Origin: Octopus sinensis
Taxonomy: Eukaryota
NCBI RefSeq assembly: GCF_006345805.1
Contig: NC_043019.1
Span: 6,261,360 to 6,325,359, forward strand
DNA length: 64,000 bases
Direction: 5' to 3'
Shown here: piece by piece, positions 1-13,019 of the stretch
How positions within the stretch are numbered: the first letter of the stretch is position 1
How the letters are laid out: every line of letters begins with the position of its first letter
Program-made: the position numbers and the translations under genes
The notes under the pieces: model-generated
The model's input: the letters and a program-made list of their open reading frames with translations, nothing else
Told to the model about the DNA's origin: nothing
The model's database searches: none

Positions 1-862
1 AATGATTTGATATACGCAGCAGCCACTGCAGCCACAAAAGAAGCTGGATACTCACCCAAACCCGCCCAAACAGGAGTACCACCACCCAAACAAACCCTGT
101 GGATAAATAACATCCAAAACAAAATTTAAAAAATTAGAAAAGACCTGTCGATTCTTAATGAAATCAGCAAACAATCAACGCTACTGAGCAACAAAAAGAG
201 AACAAAAATGCTCCGCAAATATAACATCACAGAAAAAGATTTGCCTGAAATAAAAGAAAAGCTGAAGCAAGATATCCTTGCCAAAGCTCAAAGGATCCGC
301 CGGTACGAGAAACGCCAACGCTTCTTTGAACAGAACAAAAAGTTCAACTCCAACCCCAAAAAGTTCTACCAAGAACTGGGAAAAAATAAAATAGAAGTCA
401 CTGCAGCACCAACGGCAGAAGAATTGGAAGATTCTGGAGAGAAATATGGTCGGCGAACGAACCACCAAAAAAAAGGAGTATCAAAATAACAAACTCGGCA
501 CCTGAACAACTTTGGACCCCCATAACAACTGAAGAGGTCACCCAGGCACTGCAAAGACTAAGCAACTGGAAGGCACCTGGGCATGACAAGATCCCCAACT
601 TCTGGTTGAAATATCTAACAGGAATGCCAAAAAGCTGGCTGAAAACTTTAACAACGTACTAGCAGAGCCAGAGACAATGCCTGAATGGTTCACGAAGGGG
701 AAAACCATCTTAATTCCCAAATCAAATGAAACAGCAAAACCAGAAAACTACAGACCAATAACCTGCCTCCCTACTATGTTCAAGGCATTTACTGCAGTGA
801 TATCGCAAAGGCTGAACAAGCACCTGGACGAAAACAAACTGTTCCCAGAAGAGCAGAAAGGG
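1..862 (+). mobile_element. R4/Dong-like non-LTR retrotransposon fragment (pre-RT and N-terminal RT region), frameshifted and truncated
   Basis: Translation includes NWKAPGHDKIPNFWLK and PEWFTKGKTILIPKS...PENYRPITCLPTMFKAFTAVISQRL...LFPEEQKG, typical RT domains 0-2 of REL-type LINEs; several frameshifts. Confidence 0.85.
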
Positions 863-970
863 ATGTTTATGTGTATATTCTATGATTAAATGTTCGAATT
901 ATGAAATGCTACGCGGATGACCTTGCATTTGTTTGTTCAATGATTTTAGTTTGATATATATATATATATG

Positions 971-1733
971 GATGCATGTATGTATGTATGTATGTATGTA
1001 TGTATGTATGTATGTATGTATGTATGTACGTATGTATGTATGTATGTATGTATGTGTGTATGTATGTATGTATGTATGTATGTATGTACGTATGTATGTT
1101 GTATGTATGTATGTATGTATGTGATGTATGTACGTATGTATGTATGTATGTATGTATGTATGTATGTAGTATGTATGTATGTACGTATGTATGTATGTAT
1201 GTATGTATGTAAGTAATGTATGTAGTAGGTATGTATGAATGTATGTATGTATGTATGTGTGTATGTATGTATGTATGTACGTATGTATGTACGTATGTAT
1301 GTATGTATGTATGTATGTACGTATGTATGTATGTATGTATGTATGTATGTATGTATGTATGTACGTATGTATGTATGTATGTATGTATGCATGTATGTAT
1401 GTGTGTATGTATGTATGTATGTATGTACGTATGTATGTATGTATGTATGTATGTACGTATGTATGTATGTATGTATGTATGTATGTATGTATGTATGTAT
1501 TTATGTATGTATGTATGTATGTATGTATGTATTTATGTATGTACGTATGTATGTATGTATGTATGTATGTATTTATGTATGTACGTATGTATGTATGTAT
1601 GTATGTATGTACGTATGTATGTATGTATCTATGTATGTATGTATGTATGTATGTATGTATGTGTGTGTGTATGTATGTATGTGTGTGTGTATGTATGCAT
1701 GTATGTATGCATGTATGTATGTATGTATTTATG

Positions 1734-1767
<34 letters not shown>

Positions 1768-1840
1768 TGTGTGTATGTATGTATGTATGTATGTATGTAT
1801 GCATGTATGTATGTATGTGTGTGTGTGTGTATGTATGCAT
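971..1840. repeat. (TATG)n tetranucleotide array
   Basis: Direct reading; about 870 bp with TACG/TGTG/TTTA variants. Confidence 0.98.
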
Positions 1841-2074
1841 GAATAATAGAGAAGAGAAAAGAGAGAAAAGAGACAGCGAGAGAAGGTTGGGGGGTAGGAA
1901 GTGGGAGACATGAAGGTGGAAAGAGGTGGGGGGGGAAAGATAGGAAAAGGATATTGCAGAGTTAAGAGGAAGAGTAACTGAAGAATGTAAGTCAAGAAAA
2001 GAAGAATAGCAGAATGCCTCAGGAAATTATTCCTATTCTGTATGTGCTTATATGCATATATGTCAGTTTGTATG

Positions 2075-2082
2075 TGTGTATA

Positions 2083-2121
<39 letters not shown>

Positions 2122-2178
2122 TATATTTTACATATATATACACATATATATATATATGTATATATATACAATATATAC

Positions 2179-2209
<31 letters not shown>

Positions 2210-2320
2210 ATATATATATCTATATATATATACATATACATTCATATATTATATATATATATATGTATGTAGGTGTGTATACATATACGTGTGTGTCTGT
2301 GTGTCTGTGTGTGCTAGTAT
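2075..2320. repeat. (TA)n/(TG)n microsatellite
   Basis: Direct reading. Confidence 0.95.
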
Positions 2321-2539
2321 GTACAAATTCTTCCATTTTTCGTTTTGATCATAAACTAAGCAATGGCGGCGGTATACTGATTAGAACTTCATCTGTTTCG
2401 GTTTTTCATTTTGTAAGTTTTCACTTTTTTTTGTTTTTTGGTGGTGAGAAAACTAAACATTTTTATTTTTTATACAGTTTCAATGTTGACGCGTTAAAAC
2501 CTTTTTTTTTTTTTTTTTTGGTTTTATTTCAATGTTTAC

Positions 2540-2960
2540 ACGAAGAAGAATATTAAACAGTGTTAAGTTGTATTTATAGAGATAATGGGCTGCAGACTAA
2601 GCACCAAACACTATTGTGTTTTTACTTTGTGATTTATTGTTACAGCAGTTGTTGTTGCTGAACTTGTGTCCATTAACCCATCAATGATATCTATTTCGGG
2701 GACACTGTGCATTAATGCAGTCTGTTTTCTTAGTTTGTTTCTTTGATTGCCTGGTGGGTGGAGGGGATTTTATTGGGGGCAGTGGGTTATGGGTTGGCAT
2801 GATGCACTAATGTGGTAATGAATTTGCGAAACAGAATGAATCTTTTCGAATTAGTGTACAGTGATATAAAGCTTAGATATCACGTTCAGTTTTAAAACAT
2901 ATACTTTAAATAAATATATAAAGAAAAGAATATATTAGCAAAACGGTGTCAAACATAAAT
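2540..2960 (-). mobile_element. Possible highly decayed Penelope-like element C-terminal fragment
   Basis: Minus-strand remnants loosely resemble PLE ...SCMPN and terminal ...SSCKH segments; heavily disrupted. Confidence 0.25.
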
Positions 2961-2983
2961 TACAGTTTATATGCTTGTTCTGT

Positions 2984-3242
2984 GGAGGCGCTTGGCTTAG
3001 TGGTTAGGGTGTCAGCATCATGATCGTAAGATTGTGGTTTCGATTCCTGGACCGGGCGACGCGTTGTGTTCTTGAGCAAAACATTTCATTTCACGTTGCT
3101 CCAGTCCACTCAGCTGGCAAAAATGAGTAACGCTGCGATGGACTGCTGTCCCGTCCAGCTGGGGAACACATACGCCATAGAAACGCGGGGAAACCTGGCC
3201 CACGAGCCTGGCTCGGCTTTAAAAGGGCGCATTTATTTTTTA
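2984..3242 (+). mobile_element. tRNA-derived SINE, family B (resembles octopus OR-type SINEs)
   Basis: Head with A box TGGCTTAGTGG and B box GGTTTCGATTCC; AT-rich tail; flanking duplication ATGCTTGTTCT (2971-2981; second copy split by Helitron). Confidence 0.85.
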
Positions 3243-4108
3243 CAAGCAGAATTGCCCGGCGTTGCTCGGGGCTGAATTGCTTGAAAGTACTGTTAATGAT
3301 TCCACTGAATTATGATGATTATTCAGGCAAATATTGATATAAGTTTACGGTGGGAGATAAGGACTTAACGATCAAACGTGTGCCATTGCATTGTTTTGGG
3401 GGAACCAAATTTCTAATGAGCATTATAGGGGCACCAACTTTAAGTTTGAGAATGTGTGGTGGTAGTCCGGGGGGCTCAAAGGAATTGAGTACCTCTATTG
3501 GATAGTTGATGACGTCCTCTGGGTCAGGAGTTGTATCGATAGACTTATATACATAGACATCCCCAGGAATGATTTTTAGCATTTATCATTAATATGGTGA
3601 ACAGTTTTATTCCTCGGGGCAGAATAGCCCTTTGGCCAATCCAATCCATATTCTGATAATTAGCTTGTGGATCTGGGAACACTGCATCTCTGAGATCAGA
3701 AGGCGTTTTAACAATGGTACAAATGGAATCGATGGCAATATTACCATTGTCATCCCCTGGTATTTTGCCTTCGCCAAGTTGAGAGTTAAAAAGGTCGAGT
3801 TGCGTCCCCTAGACAGTCTTACCAGGAATAGCTGGATATTGATGGAGTTGAGAGTTAAAAAGGTCGAGTTGCGTCCCCTAGACAGTCTGGTTTGTGTTTC
3901 TGATTCTCGACCCCCATGTCAATTTATCGATTTTTTTTCAGTCAGAACGGGGGAACTTTTCAAAATTTTAGCTGCGTTAGTTTTGAATTATGACATTGGG
4001 CTATGTGTGTGTCAAGTTTCATCAGAATCGGCTGAAAGCCGTGGTCAGGGTGAGGGTACAACCTAACAGACATGCACACAGACAAACTGCCGTTTATATA
4101 TAGAGAGA
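3243..4108 (-). mobile_element. Non-autonomous Helitron retaining a Pif1-like helicase fragment
   Basis: Minus strand starts TC(TCTCTATATA), ends with CCCGAGCAACGCCGGG hairpin then CTTG, sits at an A|T site; ORF 3319-3582 has YPIEVLNSFEPPGLPPHILKLKVGAPIMLIRNL..CNGTRL (RepHel helicase); internal ~43-bp direct duplication at 3777 and 3846. Confidence 0.88.
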
Positions 4109-4129
4109 TGCTTGTTCTAGTTTTGCCTC

Positions 4130-5690
4130 ATGGTACACCTCTTTGCCCCTAAGGGACGATAAGGATTAAATTGAATCGGATAGTATTCACTACCAAAAAG
4201 GTATCTTTCAGGGCGATAGTCAATTGGGGTTGCTTTTCGTCCTCTCATTAAACCTCCAATCATACCTGCTCACAAAACATAGTAGCCATAAAAATAGATC
4301 CAGAAGTATCTCCCATCATTTTTTTTATTGTCGCCGACCTGAAATTGTATAGGCCAAATATAAGCTATATCAACCATTGGACCTCATTAGCCAATTTTCT
4401 ACAAACATTGAAATTAAATTTGGCGAGTCTAAATATGCCTTTTTGACAATAAAATGTGGAAAGGTTGTGCCCTCCTTTGAAGGCCTAAAACTGAACGGCT
4501 TGACAATACAGTCAAGGGACAATGACGAAGGAACATTGGTAAAATCTATTAACCAGAACAAAATAAAATATGGATCAGATCACTGAGGAGATAGACGTGG
4601 ACACTTGGTACAAAATCTCAAATCATAGCAGGGATTGATTACTTCAAAAGCTAGGCATGGAGCATCAAAAAGTTTATGACATCCCACTTTAAAGGCTACT
4701 TCCATGCAATTCAAGAACAAAAGATCCCTACCAAGTACCTATAGAATAAGGAGCAGAAAACATTGACAGACAACAAATGTAGTTATGCAAGACCAAGACT
4801 GAAGGCATCAACCATAATATTGCCGACTGTGAGAGAATGTCTTCCAGATATTATCTTCCCACGAGGCATGATGCGGTGGCAAGAACGATCTGAAGAAGGA
4901 TAACAGAAACGAAAACACTGACCGAGACCGATGGGTCAAAAGAATACTCTTTTACTCTCTCTTTTACTCTTTTACTTGTTTCAGTCATTTGACTGCGGCC
5001 ATGCTGGAGCACCGCCTTTAGTCGAGCAACTCGACCCCGGGATTTATTCTTTTGTAAGCCCAGTACTTATTCTATCGGTCTCTTTTGCCGAACCGCTAAG
5101 TGACGGGGACGTAAACACACCAGCATCGGTTGTCATGCAATGCTAGGGGGACAAACACACAAACACATACGCACATATATATATATACATATATACGACG
5201 GGCTTCTTTCAGTTTCCGTCTACCAAATCCACTCACAAGGCATTGGTCGGCCCGAGGCTATAGTAGAAGACACTTGCCCAAGATGCCACGCAGTGGGATT
5301 GAACCCGGAACCATGTTGTTGGTTAGCAAGCTACTGGCGCCTATACTGGTGGAACTTGAAAATTAAAACAGCCATCATGTTAAAAAAGGCCGGCCAGATA
5401 TTGTTAAGGGGAATCACAAGGAAAAGATATGTTCGATTATGGAAATCTGCTGCCCTCTGGATACTAATGCTGTTAGAAAAATACAGGAGAAAGTCGACAT
5501 TTATGGGCCTTTCGGAAGGAGTTTGCGAATCCAGAACCCAAGAAACGATTTCAGCTTCATACCTATTATCATTGAAGCCACAGGATACATATCAACCTAT
5601 CTGGAACAAAGTATGGCTTCAGTTGGTTTCTTGGGGAGAGAATGCAATTCCTTAATTCATACACTACGAATGATCACGATATCTGGGAAG
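4130..5690 (+). mobile_element. Decayed R4/Dong-like non-LTR retrotransposon (RT, zinc knuckle, REL endonuclease), interrupted by a SINE
   Basis: KGIFQGDS (~4198), ADLKLY, KFGESK, MSSRYYLPTRHD, KEY|WWN split by SINE, RPDIV..EICCPLDTN..KIQEKVDIY endonuclease motif. Confidence 0.8.
4946..5342 (-). mobile_element. tRNA-derived SINE, family A
   Basis: Reverse complement of the recurring GGCGCAGGAGTGGCTGTGTGG...GAAACAAGTAAAAGAG consensus; short deletion in head. Confidence 0.92.
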
Positions 5691-5849
5691 GTAGGAAGGG
5701 AGCGACATCAAGGAGGGACGAGAGTGAGGGGGAGATGTGAAAACGATATTCCAGCGTTAAGTGGAAGAGTAACTCAAGAAAGTAAGTCAAGAAAAGTAGA
5801 ATAGCAGAATGCCTCAGGAAATTAATTCCTATTCTGTATGTGCTTATAC

Positions 5850-6421
5850 GTGTGTGTGTATGTATGTATGCATGTATGTATGTATGTGTATGTATGTATG
5901 TATGCATGAATGTATGTATGTATGAATGTATGTATGTATGTGTATGTATGTAAGTGTGTATGTATGTATGTATGAATGTATGTATGTATGTATGCATGAA
6001 TGTATGTATGTATGAATGTATGTATGTATGTATGTATGTATGTAAGTGTGTATGTATGTATGTATGTATGTATGTATGTATGTATTATGTATGTATGGTA
6101 AGTGTGTATGTATGTATGTATGTATGTATGTATGTATGTATGTGTATGTAAGTGTGTATGTATGTATGTATGTATGTATGTATGTATGATGTATGTATGT
6201 ATGTATGTATGTTGTATGTATGTATGTATGTATGTATGTATGTATGCATGCAGCATGTATGTATGTATGTGTATGTATGTATGTATGTATGTATGTATGT
6301 ATGTATGTATGTATGTATGTATGAATATATGTATGTATGTATATATGTATGTATGTATGTAGTGTATGGTATGTATGTAAGTGTGTATGTATGTATGTAT
6401 GTATGTATGTATGTATGTATG

Positions 6422-6452
<31 letters not shown>

Positions 6453-6640
6453 TGTGTGTATGTATGTATGTATGTTGTATGTGTATTATGTATGTATGTA
6501 TGTATGTATGTATGAATATATGTATGTATGTATATGTGTATGTATGTATGTATGTATGTATGTATGTATGTTGTATGTATGTATGTATGTATGTATGTAT
6601 GTATGTATGTATGTATGAATATAGTATGTATGTATATATG

Positions 6641-6695
<55 letters not shown>

Positions 6696-6743
6696 GTGTG
6701 TATGTATGTATGTATGTATGTATGAATGTATGTATGTATGTAC

Positions 6744-6775
<32 letters not shown>

Positions 6776-6792
6776 GTGTGTATGTATGTATG

Positions 6793-6823
<31 letters not shown>

Positions 6824-6930
6824 GTGTGTATGTATGTATGTATGTATGGATGTATGTATGTATGTATGTATGTACAAGTGTATATGTGTGCGTGTGTTTG
6901 TGCATGTGTGTCTCTGTGTTGTGCTGTGTG
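5850..6930. repeat. (TATG)n array
   Basis: Direct reading; over 1 kb. Confidence 0.98.
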
Positions 6931-7054
6931 CAAGACCTAAAGATTTAAAGGATGATGAAAAAAAAAACGCAAAATGCTTCTCTTGACGACCTTACTACCA
7001 AGTAGCTGGTTGGTCAGGACTTAACTCTAGATTAAAAACAGAAAAAGAAAAGCA

Positions 7055-7065
7055 TTCATACATAC

Positions 7066-7098
<33 letters not shown>

Positions 7099-7167
7099 TA
7101 CATACATACAAACATACACACGTACATACATACATGCATGCATGTATATATACACACATACAAACAT

Positions 7168-7198
<31 letters not shown>

Positions 7199-7209
7199 TA
7201 CACACACAC

Positions 7210-7242
<33 letters not shown>

Positions 7243-7315
7243 CATACATATATACATACATGTATGCACACTCACTTACACACACAGACACGCCACACAC
7301 ACACATACACACACA
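7055..7315. repeat. (CATA)n/(CA)n array
   Basis: Direct reading. Confidence 0.95.
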
Positions 7316-7374
7316 ATGAAGAAACACAAGCTTGATTGTTATTTCTCAATGACAGTGGGAGTTCCTACTACGAT

Positions 7375-7798
7375 ACTCTCTCTTTTGTTTTTTACTCTTT
7401 TACTCTTTTACTTGTTTCAGTCATTTGACTGCGGCCTTGCTGGAGCACCGCCTTTTTTCATCGAGCAACTCGACCCCGGGACTTATTCTTTTGTAAGCCC
7501 AGTACTTATTCTATCGGTCTCTTTTTGCCAAACCGCTAAGTAACGGGGACGCAAACACACCAGCACCGGCCGTCAAGCAATGCTAGGGGGACAAACACAC
7601 ACAAACACATCTACTTATATATATATACATATATACGACAGGCTTCTTTCAGTTTCCGTCTACCAAATCCACTCACAAGGCATTGGTCGGCCCGGGGCTA
7701 TAGCAGAAGACACTTGCCCAAGATGCCACGCAGTGGGACTGAACCCGGAACCATGTGGCTGGTTAGCAAGCTACTTACCACACATCCACTCCTGCGCC
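7375..7798 (-). mobile_element. SINE family A, full length
   Basis: Matches the other family A copies end to end. Confidence 0.93.
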
Positions 7799-8005
7799 TA
7801 TAATCGACAAATGGGTGGCTTAGGTGCAGAAAACACAGTTGCTGCACAGAGGATTGACACGTTTTCAACAATAAGCAGGCACAACTACCGTCAGCAAAAA
7901 AAAAAACTGAGAATGAGAATGTAGACATTGGGTAACACTTAACTGGGAGTGATTGATTCCTAGTCTTTGTTAGGACAACACTCTAGAAGGAAAAATCTGA
8001 TGTGT

Positions 8006-8310
8006 GGAGGCACATGGCCTAGTGGTTACAGCAGCGGACTCGCGGTCGAGGGATCGCGGGTTCGTATATCAGACCGGGCGATGTGTGTGTTTATGAGCGA
8101 AACACCTAAGCTCCACGCGACTCCGGCAGAAGGTAAAATACGAACATCTGTTGAATCTTTCGCCACAACTTTCTCTCGCTCTTTCCTCCTGCATCTTGCA
8201 GCTCACCTGCGACGGACCGACGTCCCGTCCAGGTGAGGAACCTATACGCCAAGGAAACCGGGAAACCGGCCCTTATGAGCCAGGCGTGGCTCGAGAAGGA
8301 ACAAACAAAA
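8006..8310 (+). mobile_element. SINE family B
   Basis: GGAGGCACATGGCCTAGTGGTTA...GACTCGCGGTC tRNA-Arg-like head; near-identical to 44926-45226. Confidence 0.88.
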
Positions 8311-8337
8311 ACGCTGATGTAAAGCAAGTGACTCGAT

Positions 8338-9082
8338 CATACATACATACATACGTACGTACGTACGTACGTACGTACGTATGTATGTATGTATGTATGT
8401 ATGTATGTATGTATGTATGTATGTATGTATGTACATACGTACGTACGTATGTATGTATGTATGTGTGTATGTACATACGTACGTACGTATGTATGTATGT
8501 ATGTATGTATGTACATACGTACGTACGTACGTACGTATGTATGTATGTATGTATGTATGTACATACGTATGTATGTATGTATGTATATATGTATGTATGT
8601 ATGTATTTATGTACGTATGTACGTACGTATGTATGAATGTATGTACGTATGTACGTATGTATGTATGTATGTACGTATGTACGTATGTACGTATGTATGT
8701 ATGTATGTATGTATGTACTACGTAATTATGTATGTATGTATATATGTATGTATGCATATATGTATGTATTCATGTATGTATGTATGTATGTATGTATGTA
8801 TTATGTACTACGTATGTATGCATGTATATATGAATGTATGCATGTATGTATGTATGTATGTATGTATCCATGTATGTATGTATGTTATGTATGTATGTAT
8901 GTATGAATGTATGTATGTATTATGTACTACGTACGAACGTATGTATGTATGTATATATGTATGTATGTATATATGTATGTATATATGCATGTATGTATGT
9001 ATTCATGTATGTTATGTATGTAAGTATGTATGTATGTATGTATGTATGTATGCATGTACATATGTGCGTATGTATGTATGTT
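8338..9082. repeat. (TATG)n/(TACG)n array
   Basis: Direct reading. Confidence 0.97.
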
Positions 9083-10020
9083 TGACTCAGGGTTGACAAT
9101 TTAGCATATTTTATGCTAGATCTAGCATTTTTTTTCGGCATTTAGCAGAAAATTTTTGAATCCAGCATTTAGCAGGAAAAATAGCGGGGCTTAAAATTTT
9201 ATTTAACATTTTTCTCTGATCATGACATTTCCACAATAGTTCCCATCTTTTTTCTTTTTCCTCTTTTTCTACTTTCGTCAATGTATCTTACAGCGAAATT
9301 TTAGAACTAACGTTTATTCTTGAATTTTTCTCTCACTTTCTTGAAACTTCGAATGAAAGTTTATCGAAAGTAATTTTATCAAATTATGAAATTTTCCAGC
9401 CATCCTCACCCCCTGTTTTGAATACAGAGTGAGTGGGGGATGAGGAAAATATAATTCATGTCAGCACCTGAACTCACTATACAATAAATGTAAATATGTT
9501 GCAAAAAATGAAAACATAGAAATTCGTCCCAAAAATGCTTTATTCTGTAATAATGAGTTTTTATCATGACAGATTGACTGATATACTTTCAGTTTGACTG
9601 CTTTAAAATAGGCCTGTAGTTTTCCATGCTTGTTTTGGATTATATATCTTGTATAGAAGTATGAAGGTAGCGGGATCTCCCCCTTTATATTTCTACTTAC
9701 ATTTTTTTTTCAAGTATTGTTGTTGTATTTGTGGTTTTACCAATAGATATTAAATGTAAGATTGAAAGCGAAATATGATGTTCCCAGGTTTATGTCAGAA
9801 CACAGTTTTAGGATTTCTGCAGATTTTACTTTTCCATTTATAAGTCGGCACCCTGCATCCTGAATCAGCATTCTTCACCTCAAGAATTTGTAAGCAGCAA
9901 ACATAAGAATCATTAACGGCAAACATAAGAATTGTTAAATTCGAATGAAAGAATCGTTTATGACGAATGCTAAACGGCAAACTAATGAGTTGTGTTTTCA
10001 ATTTTAATTTTTTATTAATT

Positions 10021-10428
10021 ACTCTTTCTCTCTTTTACTTGTTTCAGTCTTTTGACTGTGGCCATGCTGGAGCACCACCTTTAGTCGAGCAATTCGTCCC
10101 CGGGACTTATTCTTTGTAAGCCCAGTACTTATTCTATCAGTCTCTTTTGACGAACCGCTAAGTGACGGGGACGTAAACACACCAGCATCGGTTGTCAAGC
10201 AATGCTAGGGGGACAAACACAGACACACAAACACACACATACATATATATAAATATACATATATACGACAGGCTTCTTTCAGTTTCCGTCTACCAAATCC
10301 ACTCACAAGGCTTTGGTCGGCCCGAGGCTATGGCAGAAGACAGTTGCCAAAGATGCCACGCAGTGGGACTGAACCCGGAACTATGTGGTTGGTTAGAAAG
10401 CTACTTACCACACAGCCACTCCTGCGCC
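10021..10428 (-). mobile_element. SINE family A inside the hAT element
   Basis: Full family A consensus on the minus strand. Confidence 0.93.
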
Positions 10429-10468
10429 TAATTATTCAATTTATTTTCTTGCTTCTCACTACATTATA

Positions 10469-12734
10469 ATGAACAAAGAAAAAACAAAGTTGTACCTGCA
10501 AAAATTCCGAAAGGAATGGCTTAAGACTGCCAGCGTTTACTAAGTGGTTGCATGAAATACTTAATGACTAATCTAAAGCACACTGCAGATATTGTAGATG
10601 TAATATGTTGGCAAAATATTATCTTTTAGTAGGCCACTGTGAAGCAAAGAAACATGAGGCATCAACTCTACAGCAGATTATTTCTCGTACCAATTTTATT
10701 AAAACCAAAAATGATAAGACATCTATTCTTGAAGCAAATTTAACAATGTTCATTTGTTGCCGCTCATCATTTAATAGCTGTGGTCACTTAATAGAGTTAT
10801 GTACGAACTAGCAGTATCGCCCGGCGTTGCTCGGGTTTGTAAGGGAAATAACTATAAAAGCATTTTAGAGAGTTACTTCCCTTATATAATAGCAAAAAAT
10901 GCATTAAAAATGGGGAAAAAATGATGGTAATTTTTTTTTTAAATCGTAGACTCATCGTAGACGCGCGCTAATACCCAGAAGGGCTTGATATGAATCACGA
11001 CTATAAGATACCCGCTTTTGGTTAAACTGCACCGCAAAATGTGGGAGTAGTTAGGAATCTAAATCGTAGGGAACAGACACTCACACAACTTCACTTTTAT
11101 ATATAAAGATTATATGTCTGATAGTGATATTATATCTAAAGTGAAGTTGCATCGTACAAAATGTGCAACTATTGTGAGAAATATCCTATTTTGATGGAGA
11201 TTTGATTTCTGATATAGGAGATGGAAAATTTAGCCTGTTATTAGATGAATCCAATGATATATCGATAAACAAGTTGTTAGGAATTGTTATCATATATTAC
11301 AGTGACACTTACAAAAAAGTGGTACATACATATCTCTGTATGGTGTCTTTAGAAACACGTGATGCAGATGGCATTGTAGATGCCTTAAAAATTGAATTAG
11401 GGAAAAAGAAATTAGATATAAAAAATTTACTGGCTATAGGAATCGACAATGCTAGAGTAATGATAGGAGTCAACAATGGTGTTTTCCAGAAATTAAAAGA
11501 AGTTCCATTATTACTTCCATTTAGATGTGTATGTCATTCTTTACAGTTGGCAGTATCTCACACTTGTGCTGAATGCTTGCCCATAAATTTAGAATTTTTA
11601 GTATCCGAAACCTATAAATGGTCCTCTCATTCTTCAACAAGACAAAGTGCCGATTAAAAACATTACCTTGCTATCAATGATAAAGAGCCTTTGAAGCTCG
11701 TGAATTCTTGTACAACTAGGTGGCTGTCAATAGAACCAACGGTAAATAGACTTTTAAGCCAATGGTTTGAATTGGAAACTCACTTCCAAACTACAACTAC
11801 AAAAGAAAATGCTTTACGGCACAAACGTTACATGAAATGTTTTGTGATTCTAAGAATGAACTTTATCTTTTATTTTTGCATCCAATTTTAAAATATGTTC
11901 AGGAAGTGAATAAATTGCTTGGATCAAACACTTGACAAAACAAAATTACTTGAAGATCTTTCAAAGTTGATCAAATCTGTTGCTAATATGATAGTGTTGC
12001 CAACATGTAGAATTGATCCTCTTGATCCGAGTGCGTCTATTGAAAAATTCCTGGATCTTAAACTAAATTTAGGCTACATGTTCGAGAGAAAGATAGCAGA
12101 AATGATTATCAAGAAGACTGTAACAGCCACCGAAGAAAATAATATTCGTAAGAGAGCACAAACACTTTTACTCTGCCTTTATAATGAGCTCAAGCACCGT
12201 TTGCCAGGAAATATTGATATACTGAGGAATATCAAATGTTTTTCAGTAGAGAATATTTTGCAGCATTTCAAAGAGCTAATTTTACCTGTCTTAGAAGCAA
12301 TGCATTTAAATGAAGAAAAAATTGATTCGATTGAAATTCAGTCTAATAGCATTAATTTAGTTAAATGGAGAAACACGTCTAATACTGAGACATTCTGGCT
12401 GGAAGTCTTGGAATATAAAGATGCTACTGGAGGAAATCCTTTTAGAGATGTTGCAAAATTTTGCCATTAATCTATTGACATTGCCAAACTCAAATGCAGA
12501 AGTTGAACAGTTGTTCATTAGTATGGGTGTTGTCAAATCAAAATTGAAAAGCAAAATGTATCTTCCTAGTCTTAGATCAATATTGTCTATAAAATATGGC
12601 CTGAAAAGATATGGCAAATGATGCAAAAACTTCGATATTCCAAAACACATAACTAACAAGATTGCGACCTTGAATGTATACAGAAGTGAAGACCTAGGCA
12701 CTGCAGATGAAAGTGATCAAATCAGTGACATTTA
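10469..12734 (+). pseudogene. hAT transposase pseudogene
   Basis: N-terminal zinc finger (AHCRYC..GHCEAKKH), FSLLLDESND, GIDNARVM, RCVCHSLQL, TRWLS, C-terminal LPNSNAEVEQLF dimerisation-type motif; stops, frameshifts and a Helitron insertion. Confidence 0.85.
10808..11109 (-). mobile_element. Non-autonomous Helitron (~300 bp)
   Basis: Minus strand 5' TCTTTATAT, 3' CCCGAGCAACGCCGGG hairpin plus CTAG; inserted at A|T without TSD. Confidence 0.88.
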
Positions 12735-13019
12735 AGAAATTATTCCTCAATACTGAATATAATTCAAGTAAGTAAATAAAAATGTAAATAAAAATTAAGT
12801 TTTTTGATATAATTAATCTTTAGCATTTTTTTTTTGTATTTTTTCTACTGAAATTTTGCATAAAATTCTGATTTCAAGTTGACAACACTGATGTTCGTAT
12901 ATATTTCTGCATCAATTTTGTTCAAAGTCATAATCAAGTGATAAGATATAGACAAGGATATAAAAATAGAGTTAATACCAAGAAGAGGCACTTGAAAATG
13001 AAATCAAATCATATGTTGA

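Larger units (their letters stand above)
9088..12890 (+). mobile_element. hAT-superfamily DNA transposon, near full length, with nested SINE and Helitron
   Basis: Imperfect TIRs CAGGGTTGACAA (9088) and TTGACAACACTG (12890); TTAGCA motifs near both ends; internal transposase pseudogene; no clean 8-bp TSD. Confidence 0.75.

Noticed and set aside
899-1913. Long HTYI/MYVC-repeat ORFs here and at 5.8-7.3, 8.2-9.1, 40.2-40.9, 42.0-42.3, 49 and 59.9-60.9 kb
   Set aside because: Stop-free translations of (TATG)n, (TA)n and (CA)n microsatellites, open in several frames on both strands
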